A stretch of 41,415 nucleotides of DNA from an uncultured bacterium (GTDB lineage Bacteria; CSSED10-310; CAZUFC01). Numbering within the stretch: position 1 is the stretch's first letter; every line of letters starts with the position of its first letter. The notes beneath the pieces were generated by a model, which saw nothing but the letters and a program-made list of their open reading frames with translations, did not search any database and was not told where the DNA came from. A program made the translations under genes and the position numbers. The DNA lies in contig CAZUFC010000074.1 of NCBI GenBank assembly GCA_964619725.1, positions 1 through 41,415 on the forward strand, given 5' to 3'. Shown here piece after piece: positions 19,945 to 29,359 of the stretch.

Positions 19945-21354
19945 ATGATGAAAAAGGAAAAAAAACAACAAAGCAATCTGCTGAGAAGCATTCCTCCCGT
20001 GGATATGCTGTTGAATGATTCTTCCCTGGCTTCCGCTGCGGAAAAATTTAACGCCGCTTATTGGTCGAAACTCGTGAAGTCTGCAGTTCAGGAATTTCGT
20101 TCTCTAGTTCTGGAAGATTCCTGGCAAGGCTCGCCCGAAGAAACGCCGGAAGCGATAAGAGGCCTGATTTTCAAGAAAGCTGATAATCTATTGAGCCGTT
20201 CATTGAAAAAAGTGATCAATGCGACCGGAGTCATAATTCATACGGGTTTGGGCCGTTCGACGCCTTCAAGGGCAGCCGTTCAAAGTTTATTTGAAGTGTC
20301 GGGCGGGTATAATAATCTGGAAATAGATTTGAAGAGCGGTCATCGTGGAGACCGCAACAATCATACGGAGGAGCTGCTTTGCTTCCTTTTTGACGCAGAA
20401 GCTTCTTTAGTGGTGAACAACAACGCGGGAGCCGTGATGCTGGTGTTGGATTCGACGGCCTCCGGAAAAGAGGTTATTGTATCCCGCGGGGAGTTGGTGG
20501 AAATAGGCGGCGGCTTCCGAATGCCCGACGTGATGCAGAAAAGCGGCGCGAATCTAGTTGAAGTTGGTACGACCAACAAAACATACATTGAGGATTACTC
20601 GGCTGCAATTACACCGGATACGGGATTGATTCTTAAAGTTCACACGAGCAATTTCAGGACCGTCGGCTTCCATCACGAAGCGGGACTCAGAGAACTGGTC
20701 GAATTGGGCCGGACACGCAATATTCCTGTCTTCTACGACCTGGGCAGCGGCTCCTTTTTCCCCTTTTCTCCTGACACGGGAGCAGAACCTACAATTTCCG
20801 AAAGCCTGCAGCAAGGCATCGACGCCGTCATGTTCAGCGGCGATAAATTACTCGGAGCTTCCCAGGCAGGAATTATTTTAGGTAAGAAAAATTATGTGGA
20901 TGCCTTTAGAAAGAATCCCCTGACCAGGGCCCTCAGAATCGATAAATTAACGCTTGCCGTTCTCGAAAGCACTCTGAGAGAATATTTGCTTCCCGAAAAG
21001 GCCCGTAAGAATCTGCCCACTTTAAAAATGCTGACCGAAGACGTAAAAACAGTCGAGATCAGAGCCCAAAAACTCATCAGCGCCTTACGCGATATCGGAA
21101 AAAAGGGTTACGCTTTTGAGATCAAACCGACCCAGGCGCGCGTCGGCGGCGGCGCATTGCCTTTAACCAAAGTCGATTCCCGGGCCATCTCAGTATCCTG
21201 CGATGGAAAAAGCATTACTCAATTAAGCGAACAACTGAGAACCCGGGCTGTCCCCATCCTGGGACGCATTTACAAGGAAGAATTTCTGCTCGACATGAAA
21301 ACCGTGTTCGATGATCAAACGTCTCTGATCGTTGAAGCATTCCGCGAATTATAG
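19945..21354 (+). CDS. selA: L-seryl-tRNA(Sec) selenium transferase
   Basis: VINATGVIIHTGLGR, VNNNAGAV, SRGELVEIGG, EVGTTN, KVHTSNF, DLGSG, FSGDKLLG (PLP Lys) and RALRIDK motifs. Confidence 0.95.
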   Translation: MMKKEKKQQSNLLRSIPPVDMLLNDSSLASAAEKFNAAYWSKLVKSAVQEFRSLVLEDSWQGSPEETPEAIRGLIFKKADNLLSRSLKKVINATGVIIHTGLGRSTPSRAAVQSLFEVSGGYNNLEIDLKSGHRGDRNNHTEELLCFLFDAEASLVVNNNAGAVMLVLDSTASGKEVIVSRGELVEIGGGFRMPDVMQKSGANLVEVGTTNKTYIEDYSAAITPDTGLILKVHTSNFRTVGFHHEAGLRELVELGRTRNIPVFYDLGSGSFFPFSPDTGAEPTISESLQQGIDAVMFSGDKLLGASQAGIILGKKNYVDAFRKNPLTRALRIDKLTLAVLESTLREYLLPEKARKNLPTLKMLTEDVKTVEIRAQKLISALRDIGKKGYAFEIKPTQARVGGGALPLTKVDSRAISVSCDGKSITQLSEQLRTRAVPILGRIYKEEFLLDMKTVFDDQTSLIVEAFREL

Positions 21355-21460
21355 CCGGCGCCTGTCCGTAAAATCATACAACGGGCAAGACATTATGCAG
21401 CACGAGTTTCTGATAAGTAGACGAGCGGATTTTTCGGCATCGATCAACAATATCTCTTTT

Positions 21461-21564
21461 GAGGTTACAATTCTGCAGAATACCGCATTATTTTGTTTCG
21501 ATTTCGATTTCGATCCCGATTGCAATACCGACCCCGATTACTGAAATTGACTGTCAAAAGTTTT
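21461..21564 (+). repeat. Dispersed intergenic repeat, copy 3 (partial, with expanded CGATNN hexamers)
   Basis: ATACCGACCCCGATTACTGAAA..ACTGTCAAAAG is shared with copies 1 and 2. Confidence 0.85.
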
Positions 21565-21600
21565 CAATGTTATTTTACGGTGAAAAACTTTCGAGCCGGA

Positions 21601-22641
21601 TTACTGGTCAGTTGTGAGTTTCTCCAGGTTCGTTTTTAAGGGCGGCAGAGCGATGCCCTTATCCGTAATGATGCCCCGAATCAGAGAAGCGGGCGTAACG
21701 TCGAACGCAGGATTCCTGATTTCGATTCCTTCAGGCGCTATCCGGCATCCGGCGATGTGATCCACCTCCCGGACATCCCTCTCTTCGATGGGAATCATCC
21801 CTCCGTCGCTCAGACTGTAGTCGATAGTCGACATCGGCGCCGCAATATAAAATGGTACATTGTGGTAATCCGCCAGCACAGCGACCGTATATGTCCCTAT
21901 TTTATTGGCCGTATCGCCATTTGCCGCGATCCTGTCTGCTCCAACCACCACTTTCTGAATCTTTCTCCCAGCCATAAAATACCCGGCCATATTGTCCGTT
22001 ATCAGTGTTACCGGTATTCCGTCTTTCATCAGTTCCCACGTCGTCAAACGGGCTCCCTGAAGAAACGGACGGGTTTCATCCGCAAAAACGCTTATTCTCT
22101 TGCCCTGCTCCACAGCCGCCCTTATTACGCCGAGCGCCGTTCCATATCCGCCGGTCGCCAAAGCCCCGGCATTGCAATGAGTCAAAACGGCATCGCCGTC
22201 TTCCAACACTTCACTGCCGACCTTGCCGATCCGCCGGTTGATCTCTATATCCTCAGCCAGCACCTTTTTCGCTTCCTCCTTTAATAACTCCTTTATCTCC
22301 GACGGACCTGCATCCCTATGCTCACGAACCAAACTCTTCATTCGCTCCAATGCCCAGAATAAATTAACCGCAGTAGGACGCGTCCCGGCAAGCGTTTCGC
22401 ACACCTTCTCAAAACGCTCCCAAAATTCCTCAAAATCTTCCGTGTCTATCTCCGACGCTCCCAGCGCCGCTCCCATCGCCGCCGCGATGCCTATCGCCGG
22501 AGCGCCCCTGATCACCATGTTTCGTATCGCTTCAGCCGTTTCTTCATACCGGCTGTACTTCCGGTATATCTCTTCTTCGGGCAATAACCGCTGATCCAGC
22601 ATTTCCACATGGCCCTCCGTCCACTTTATCGTAAAAGCCAC
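21601..22641 (-). CDS. mtnA: S-methyl-5-thioribose-1-phosphate isomerase
   Basis: [53 protein letters not shown] and NPAFDVTP motifs; GTG start after AAGGAGG. Confidence 0.95.
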   Translation of the reverse strand: MAFTIKWTEGHVEMLDQRLLPEEEIYRKYSRYEETAEAIRNMVIRGAPAIGIAAAMGAALGASEIDTEDFEEFWERFEKVCETLAGTRPTAVNLFWALERMKSLVREHRDAGPSEIKELLKEEAKKVLAEDIEINRRIGKVGSEVLEDGDAVLTHCNAGALATGGYGTALGVIRAAVEQGKRISVFADETRPFLQGARLTTWELMKDGIPVTLITDNMAGYFMAGRKIQKVVVGADRIAANGDTANKIGTYTVAVLADYHNVPFYIAAPMSTIDYSLSDGGMIPIEERDVREVDHIAGCRIAPEGIEIRNPAFDVTPASLIRGIITDKGIALPPLKTNLEKLTTDQ

Positions 22642-22799
22642 TTTTGCCTCCTTGCCGATTCTTGGATTACCTCTAATGTCGTCCCCTGGCAGGCTTCCCC
22701 GCCTCCATCCATATTCTAAAGTTAAACAATGTTTTGTTCAAATTTTATTTCACCCTCATCCCCTTTTTCGACCCTGAATCGCCCTGTTATAAATTTTCT

Positions 22800-22827
22800 T
22801 TGACTTTTAAACGCCTTTTGTTAGAAT
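22800..22827 (+). promoter_or_regulatory. Sigma70-like promoter for the kinase gene
   Basis: TTGACT-N16-TAGAAT with a TG extended -10. It supports the ATG at 22887 over the start at 22734. Confidence 0.55.
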
Positions 22828-22886
22828 TAATGAGGGTCTGTAGAGGATTACAGACTTTATTATCAGTTTTAAAGGGAATTCCCGAA

Positions 22887-25880
22887 ATGGCGAAAATTTT
22901 TAAACAAAAAATCCTGCTGGTCGACTTCGAATTAAAAAAGATAAAGGATACGGAAGAGTATCTTCAAAAAAACGGCTATGAAGTTATTCTTGCTTCAGAC
23001 GGGCTTGATGCCCTGGAAAAATTCGCACAGGAACAACCGGACATAGTTATACTGGAGGCGATGCTGCCTAAACTTCATGGTTTCGAAGTATCCAAAGCCA
23101 TAAAGAAAAGCGAAGGCGGTCGGGACGTTCCGGTAATATTTTTAACCGGCGTATATAAGAGCTATAAATATAAAAGGCAGGCTTTAACTGATTATCTGGC
23201 GGATGATTATTTATTGAAACCGATAAAACCGAAAGACTTGCTTGCCAAAATCAGGACGCTTCTTCCTGCGGACGGTTCGGCGCCGGCTAAAACCGATGCG
23301 CCTGTTGAGGCGGAACAAGCGCCGGAGACTGGCCGGGAAGAGGAAATATCGGCTGAAGAAGAGGAAGAAGAGCTTGATTTCGAGTCTCTTCTCAACGAGA
23401 CGTTAGCCGATTTACTGAAAGCGCCTGCGGGTGAATCCGAAGAAGTCGATCAGCAGCAGAAACAAGCTTATGACGACGTCATTGACGATACGCTATCCGG
23501 TATAATAAAAGAAAAGAAAAAAGAAAAAGCGGGACCGGATATGGAAGAACCCTCGCCTGCTGAAACCGTTGCGGATGAAAGGAAGACTCCGTCTGAACCG
23601 GAAGTTCCTGAACGGTTTATTATTGAAGGGCATGAAGAGGATGAAGAAATAGCGGAGGAAATATTCGAAGAAACGGAATATGATGAAGAGGAAGGAATTC
23701 CGTACGGCAAATACAGGTTAATCGAACAGATAGCCTTGGGCGGAATGGCCGAATTATGGAAAGCCAAACAACGGGGCGTCAAGGGTTTTGAAAAGATTGT
23801 GGCCGTTAAACGGTTGCTTCCTCATATCGCCCAGGACAGCGAATTCGTTAAAATGTTCATTGATGAAGGAAAGCTGGCGGCTCAACTCAACCATCAGAAC
23901 ATAGCGCAAATATATGAACTGGGAGAAGAGGACGGAACTTTTTATATCGCGATGGAGTATATTGTCGGCAAGGACCTGAAAAACATATTGAGGAAATCTA
24001 AAAAGGAATCGATTCCATTGACGGTGGAGCATTCGGTTTACATTGCCGTGAAAGTCTGCAGCGCGATCAATTACGCCCACAAAAAGAAGAACCTCGAAGG
24101 CAGAGACTTGAATATCGTCCATCGCGACATCAGTCCTCAAAATGTAATTATTTCCTATGAAGGAGAAATAAAACTCGTCGATTTCGGCATTGCCAAGGCT
24201 GCAGCCAAGGATTCTGTGACTCAAATGGGTGCGCTTAAGGGAAAAATCCTTTACATGTCCCCGGAACAGGCCTGGGGCCGGGCCATCGATAAACGCTCCG
24301 ACATTTTCTCAATGGGTTCGCTTTTATTTGAAATGTTGACGGGAGCTCGGCTTTTTTGGGCCGACAATGAAATGACGATTCTCGAAAAAGTCCGCCAAGC
24401 CGATGTTGAACCGACTATTGAAAAATACGACAATATCCCGGATGAATTGAAAAATATTTTACTTAAAGCTCTCAAGGCTGATCCGAATCAGCGTTATCAG
24501 ACAGCAGGCGACATGAAAAAAGACCTGCATGCGTTTCTGTTCAACCGGAACGTTACACCGGCGTCATACGACCTTTCCCTGTTCATGCGGCAATTGTTCC
24601 CTGAAGAAACGGAAGGCATTATTGAAGAAGTTCCTGATAAAACCTCTTGGCTGGAGGAAGAAGAGGAAATTCCGATTGAAATGGAACCTGTTGCCGTTGA
24701 AGTTGAAGAACAGCAGCGGGAAGAAGAAAAGGAGGAAGCGCCTGCGCCTCCGGCAGTTGAAATGAAAGAAGAGGAAGAAGAGGAGGTCGAGAAAGCGGCG
24801 GAGGTTTCTGAAGAAAAGCAGGCTGAGGAAGAGGCCGAAGTAAAGGTTGAAGAGGAGATTGACGGTCAGGATATAGCGGCGGCGCCTTCGGCAGAGGAAC
24901 AAAAGACGGCCAAGGACCGGGAGACTGCAGAGGAGTTTGCCGGGGAGTCTGAAGTATCGGTTAGCGAGCTTGACATTGAGGAAGAGTTTAACGCTGAGGA
25001 GGAAGAGGAGGAAGAATTCGATCTGGAGGAAATACTTAAACCTCCGAAGAAGCCAACTTTCAGCGACTTTTTGAAATCGACTCCGGTTTTGATCGGAATA
25101 GCCGTGGTCGCTGCCATTATCGCTGTTCCCATCCTTTACGATGTTCTCTCCCAACCCGAAATCCCTCTCCCGGCAGCAAAAACATCCTCCCCGCGCTTTT
25201 TGATGGATGCCGGCGTCGAGCCATTCCCGGCAGGCATGCCTCCGCAATTAGCCGACGCTGAAAGGATCGATGCTGAAAGGATCGAAAGGCCGCCGGTTGA
25301 AAAACCGCAGCCCGAACCCAGGACGCAGCCGAGAAGAGAGCCTGTTCCGCCTACTCCGGTTCCTCGCAGACCTACGCCGGTCAGAATAGCGGACGTTGTT
25401 TCCGATGAGGAGGAGACTGAGGCGATATCGGAAATGGAATCGCTCGGTCCCGCCGATGAATTGCCCGATTTTCAGCCCAGGAAATCTGCCGCAATTGATG
25501 AAGAACCCCAGGAAACAGCAGCAGAAGAAATTGAACCGACAGCAGCGCCCTACAAAGAACCTACGCCGGTTCCCGTTAAACGGGGCGATCTGGTTGAATT
25601 GCCGGATGTACCTCCCAGAGTCAAAACACAAGTTAAACCGCAATATCCCCGATCCGCAAGAGCACTCGGATATGAGGGCTCCGTCACTCTCAGACTGCTC
25701 ATTTCCGAAAAAGGCGATGTGCTGGATGTGGAGGCGCTCTCCGTTACCGGGCCGCCTAAAAGCGGTTTTAAAGAAGCGGCAGTCAAAGCCATTAAACGAT
25801 GGAAATTCGAACCGGCACGTTACAAAGGTGTTGAAGTGAAAACCTATTATAACGTCCTGATTCCGTTCCGACACAATTGA
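22887..25880 (+). CDS. Pseudo-receiver, Hanks-type Ser/Thr kinase, TM helix, Pro-rich linker, TonB C-terminal domain
   Basis: REC fold with IVILEAMLP; kinase motifs IALGGMAE, VAVK, HRDISPQN, DFGIAK and YMSPEQ; TM VLIGIAVVAAIIAVPILY; TonB-C PQYPRSA..EGSVTL..WKFEPA. Confidence 0.9.
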   Translation: MAKIFKQKILLVDFELKKIKDTEEYLQKNGYEVILASDGLDALEKFAQEQPDIVILEAMLPKLHGFEVSKAIKKSEGGRDVPVIFLTGVYKSYKYKRQALTDYLADDYLLKPIKPKDLLAKIRTLLPADGSAPAKTDAPVEAEQAPETGREEEISAEEEEEELDFESLLNETLADLLKAPAGESEEVDQQQKQAYDDVIDDTLSGIIKEKKKEKAGPDMEEPSPAETVADERKTPSEPEVPERFIIEGHEEDEEIAEEIFEETEYDEEEGIPYGKYRLIEQIALGGMAELWKAKQRGVKGFEKIVAVKRLLPHIAQDSEFVKMFIDEGKLAAQLNHQNIAQIYELGEEDGTFYIAMEYIVGKDLKNILRKSKKESIPLTVEHSVYIAVKVCSAINYAHKKKNLEGRDLNIVHRDISPQNVIISYEGEIKLVDFGIAKAAAKDSVTQMGALKGKILYMSPEQAWGRAIDKRSDIFSMGSLLFEMLTGARLFWADNEMTILEKVRQADVEPTIEKYDNIPDELKNILLKALKADPNQRYQTAGDMKKDLHAFLFNRNVTPASYDLSLFMRQLFPEETEGIIEEVPDKTSWLEEEEEIPIEMEPVAVEVEEQQREEEKEEAPAPPAVEMKEEEEEEVEKAAEVSEEKQAEEEAEVKVEEEIDGQDIAAAPSAEEQKTAKDRETAEEFAGESEVSVSELDIEEEFNAEEEEEEEFDLEEILKPPKKPTFSDFLKSTPVLIGIAVVAAIIAVPILYDVLSQPEIPLPAAKTSSPRFLMDAGVEPFPAGMPPQLADAERIDAERIERPPVEKPQPEPRTQPRREPVPPTPVPRRPTPVRIADVVSDEEETEAISEMESLGPADELPDFQPRKSAAIDEEPQETAAEEIEPTAAPYKEPTPVPVKRGDLVELPDVPPRVKTQVKPQYPRSARALGYEGSVTLRLLISEKGDVLDVEALSVTGPPKSGFKEAAVKAIKRWKFEPARYKGVEVKTYYNVLIPFRHN

Positions 25881-25986
25881 TCTTCATTATGTTTTCTCTT
25901 GATTTGAAAAAAATATGGCTATATGATCCTTACATTGACTGTTTTTCGTATTGCAAAAATATTTTCCATCAATAAGGAGAAAGTCT

Positions 25987-26319
25987 ATGAGAAAAATGAC
26001 CGAAAAACAAAAATCATTTTATGAGAATGCTATTCAGGTCTCCAAAGCGGAAATCGATCTCCTGAATGAAGAAATTCAGAAAGAACTCGCCGCAGTCAAA
26101 GAAAGAATCACCAAGCTGAACTCTGAAATCAAAGCCGTAAGACAGATTTATGAAGGCGCCTGCGCGGTAATAGGCGCCGAACCGGAACCGGAAGCCAGGA
26201 TCGATTTGCCTAAAGCGGACACGGAAGAACTGGAGGATAAAGACGAAGACTCGGATGAAGAAAATTACACACTGGAAGAAGAGCTGATTGAGGGCGACGA
26301 CGAAGATTTAGGATATTAA
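25987..26319 (+). CDS. Small coiled-coil protein with an acidic C-terminal tail
   Basis: AAGGAG RBS before ATG 25987; heptad-like helix followed by a D/E-rich tail; followed by a terminator. Confidence 0.75.
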   Translation: MRKMTEKQKSFYENAIQVSKAEIDLLNEEIQKELAAVKERITKLNSEIKAVRQIYEGACAVIGAEPEPEARIDLPKADTEELEDKDEDSDEENYTLEEELIEGDDEDLGY

Positions 26320-26352
26320 TTTAAGCTCTCCTTCTTTTTAACCTCCATTACA

Positions 26353-26387
26353 AGCCTTTACTTCAGTTACTGGAAAGGCTGTTTTTT
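26353..26387 (+). terminator. Probable intrinsic terminator
   Basis: AGCCTTT...AAAGGCT stem followed by GTTTTTT. Confidence 0.55.
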
Positions 26388-26466
26388 CCTTTCTGCATGT
26401 GAGTTTGATTATCATTTTTTTTTTACTTGAAATCACACGCAATCGCATCAGGCATAAAATGCAGTC

Positions 26467-27387
26467 ATGAGACTCTCACTTCATATAATCCTGAACCTCT
26501 TGCTTTGCGCCGGCACGATTTCAGCTGAAGAATACCTCGACGGCTTGAAACGAAAAGTCGAAATTGAAGCCCCCCCCCAGTCCATCGTCTCTTTGGCCCC
26601 CAATATAACCGAAATCCTTTTTGCTCTGGGAATGGGTGAAAAAATCGTCGGCGTCACCGACTATTGCGATTATCCTTCTGAAGTTGAGACAAAACCTAAA
26701 ATAGGCGGTTTTACCAATACCAATCTGGAAAAAATCGTTTCATTGAATCCCGATCTGATAATCGGCACCGCGGACGGGAATCCCAGGCATGTCGTTGAAA
26801 AACTTGATGAATTGGGTTTTACGGTATATGTAACGTGCCCGCGAACCATTGGGGAGGTAGTCGAAGACATCAGAAAAATAGCTTTGATTACCCGCGTTGA
26901 GGAAGAGGGCGAAAGGATTGCTGCAGATTTTAATAAAAGATTGAAAAATGTCGAAAAAAAGTCCGGAATATTCAGAAATATCCCGCCTAAGGTCTTTATT
27001 CAACTCGGTATGAATCCTCTCGTTTCCGCCTCCCGGGGAACATTCGCGCATTCTCTGGTGGAAACAGCAGGCGGAAAAAACATTCTGGCTGATTCCGTCA
27101 TCAAATATCCCCTCGTTAATAAAGAAAAAATAATCATCGAACGTCCCGATATAATCGTCAAGGTCTTTATGGAAAAAAAATGCGCCGGTCAGGAGGACAT
27201 CTGGACACGACTGGACGACGGAATCCCTGCAGCAGCGCATGATAGGATTTATTCCTTGAATCCTGACATTATACTTCGTCCGGGTCCCCGTCTAATAGAT
27301 GGACTGGAAAAATTATCGGACATTTTTACCGAATTCTACAATACAAAAACAAAAGCAGACGCTGAACCCGATGCCGTCATTCAGTAA
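26467..27387 (+). CDS. btuF: Cobalamin (or Fe-chelate) ABC transporter periplasmic binding protein
   Basis: IVSLAPNITEILFALG, VGVTDYCDYP, EKIVSLNPDL and RPGPRLIDGLE motifs. Confidence 0.8.
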   Translation: MRLSLHIILNLLLCAGTISAEEYLDGLKRKVEIEAPPQSIVSLAPNITEILFALGMGEKIVGVTDYCDYPSEVETKPKIGGFTNTNLEKIVSLNPDLIIGTADGNPRHVVEKLDELGFTVYVTCPRTIGEVVEDIRKIALITRVEEEGERIAADFNKRLKNVEKKSGIFRNIPPKVFIQLGMNPLVSASRGTFAHSLVETAGGKNILADSVIKYPLVNKEKIIIERPDIIVKVFMEKKCAGQEDIWTRLDDGIPAAAHDRIYSLNPDIILRPGPRLIDGLEKLSDIFTEFYNTKTKADAEPDAVIQ

Positions 27388-27471
27388 CGTTAATAAGCCG
27401 CTCTCCTTTAAAACGCATTTTGGACCCTTTTAGCGCCGTTGTACCGCATTCATTAGAATTTTGGAGCTCCT

Positions 27472-28515
27472 ATGTTGAAGAACAAGAAGAATCTGTTCGC
27501 CCGAATTGCGGTTTATTTGTCTTTTCTGCTAATTTTGCCGTCGGCCGTTTTATTTTCCTCGGTGGGGACGGCTGAAATACCGCTGACGAGAATTTTAGGG
27601 CAAATCATGCTGGATACGGGGCTGGACGATTACGTTCTTTCTGACTGGCTGCCGCATGATTCGGATGAACTGATCCTTCACAAATTAAGATGGCCGCGTA
27701 TTCTGACCGCTTTTTTCATAGGAGCCGCTTTATCTGTCGGAGGCGCTGTATTTCAGGCCATACTTCGCAATCCACTCGCTGATCCTTACATATTGGGACT
27801 GTCCGGCGGAGCCGGTTTTGCCGTTACGCTGACGATCGTACTGGGAATCGGCGCTCTCCTGCCGGGAAGTCCTTTACTGCCCCTGGCGGCTTTTACGGGA
27901 AGCATAACGGCCGTGTTTCTGGTCTATGCGCTTTCCGGACACAGGGACAGGTTCTCAAGCTTTACGTTGCTTCTGGCAGGCGTCATCGTGAATGCCTTTT
28001 TCGCAGCGCTGATCTTGTTCATCTATTCAATTGCCGAAGCTGAACAGCTTCAAGGCATGCTTTTCTGGATAATGGGCAGTCTGAACCGGGGAGATGTTCC
28101 TGTGGTCACTCTTGTTGTTTTTATCGGTATCGGCCTGGTCTACCTCATGTTACAGGCCCCGAAACTGAATGTATTGAGCCTTGGAGACGAAGCTGCCATG
28201 AATCTTGGTATCGAGGCCAGAGCGTTAAAAAAGCGGCTTTTTATCGCTGCATCAGTAGTCGTAGGCGCTGCAGTCGCAGCCGGAGGGCTGATTGGTTTCG
28301 TGGGGTTGATAGTGCCTCATTTCATTCGTCTGGCCATCGGCCCCGATCACCGGAGATTAATTCCGATGTGCATATCCGTAGGAGCGATTTTCCTGGCTTT
28401 GAGCGATTCTCTGGCCAGAACCGTGATTCAACCCGCCGAACTGCCCGTAGGCGTCGTCACGGCATTAATCGGAGCCCCGGCATTTCTGGTCATGATGCGC
28501 CGACGCATTCGATAG
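27472..28515 (+). CDS. btuC: FecCD/BtuC-family ABC permease
   Basis: LRWPR, FQAILRNPLADPYILGLSGGA, LGDEAA..LG, IGFVGLIVPH and ELPVGVVTALIGAP motifs. Confidence 0.85.
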   Translation: MLKNKKNLFARIAVYLSFLLILPSAVLFSSVGTAEIPLTRILGQIMLDTGLDDYVLSDWLPHDSDELILHKLRWPRILTAFFIGAALSVGGAVFQAILRNPLADPYILGLSGGAGFAVTLTIVLGIGALLPGSPLLPLAAFTGSITAVFLVYALSGHRDRFSSFTLLLAGVIVNAFFAALILFIYSIAEAEQLQGMLFWIMGSLNRGDVPVVTLVVFIGIGLVYLMLQAPKLNVLSLGDEAAMNLGIEARALKKRLFIAASVVVGAAVAAGGLIGFVGLIVPHFIRLAIGPDHRRLIPMCISVGAIFLALSDSLARTVIQPAELPVGVVTALIGAPAFLVMMRRRIR

Positions 28516-28528
28516 GATTGTTTCCCTT

Positions 28529-29359
28529 ATGAACGCCCTTCATCGACCTTCTCCCTTAAAGCTTGAAGCAGTCGATCTTATATTCAGATATGATAAAGAC
28601 GCGGTAATTGATCGTTTTTCTTTTCGTTCCGCTGAAGGCGAATTCCTCAGCATCATCGGTCCGAACGGCGCAGGAAAAAGCACACTGCTTAAAATCCTTT
28701 CTGGAATTCTCGCTCCTGAAAGCGGCGAGGTCATCATCGACGGGCAGCCGCTTCGAAAAATGTCCAGAAAACAAACAGCAAAAAAAATCGCGGTCGTTCC
28801 CCAATTCACTCATATTGAATTCCCTTTTACCGTACGAGAAATTATAGCCATGGGTCGAACGCCTCATCTTGACGCCATGCAGTGGGAATCCGCTAAAGAC
28901 CGCTCCATCATCGAAGAAGCAATGATTCAGACCGACGTCTTTCCCTTACGGAATAAAATCTTTAAAGAACTCTCCGGCGGCGAACGGCAAAGAGTCATCA
29001 TTGCGAGAGCCTTGACTCAGCAACCTGACATGATCTTCCTTGATGAAGCTACCGCTCATCTTGATATGGGTTATCAACTCGAATTCATGTCCTTTATTAA
29101 ACGATTGAATCAGCAAAATAACATTAATGTCCTTATGGTGACTCACCAGATTAACCTCGCCGCCAGATTCTCCGAAAAATTAATTCTGATGCGCAACGGA
29201 CGACTGATCGCTCAGGGTAAACCGGAAGAAGTCCTCTTGCCGGAAAACATCAAAAATCTGTTCGATTGCTCCGCAATCATCAACAAAGACCCGGCCGCAG
29301 GAACTCCCTATGTATTTCCCCTGCGCAGCTTAAACGAAACGAAGAATGAATACGATTGA
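28529..29359 (+). CDS. btuD: Cobalamin/Fe-chelate ABC transporter ATPase
   Basis: Walker A GPNGAGKST, signature LSGGERQR, Walker B FLDEATAHLD. Confidence 0.85.
   Translation: MNALHRPSPLKLEAVDLIFRYDKDAVIDRFSFRSAEGEFLSIIGPNGAGKSTLLKILSGILAPESGEVIIDGQPLRKMSRKQTAKKIAVVPQFTHIEFPFTVREIIAMGRTPHLDAMQWESAKDRSIIEEAMIQTDVFPLRNKIFKELSGGERQRVIIARALTQQPDMIFLDEATAHLDMGYQLEFMSFIKRLNQQNNINVLMVTHQINLAARFSEKLILMRNGRLIAQGKPEEVLLPENIKNLFDCSAIINKDPAAGTPYVFPLRSLNETKNEYD

Noticed and set aside
22734-22886. N-terminal extension of the kinase given in the ORF track
   Set aside because: It overlaps a promoter-like element, and the receiver domain begins at ATG 22887.
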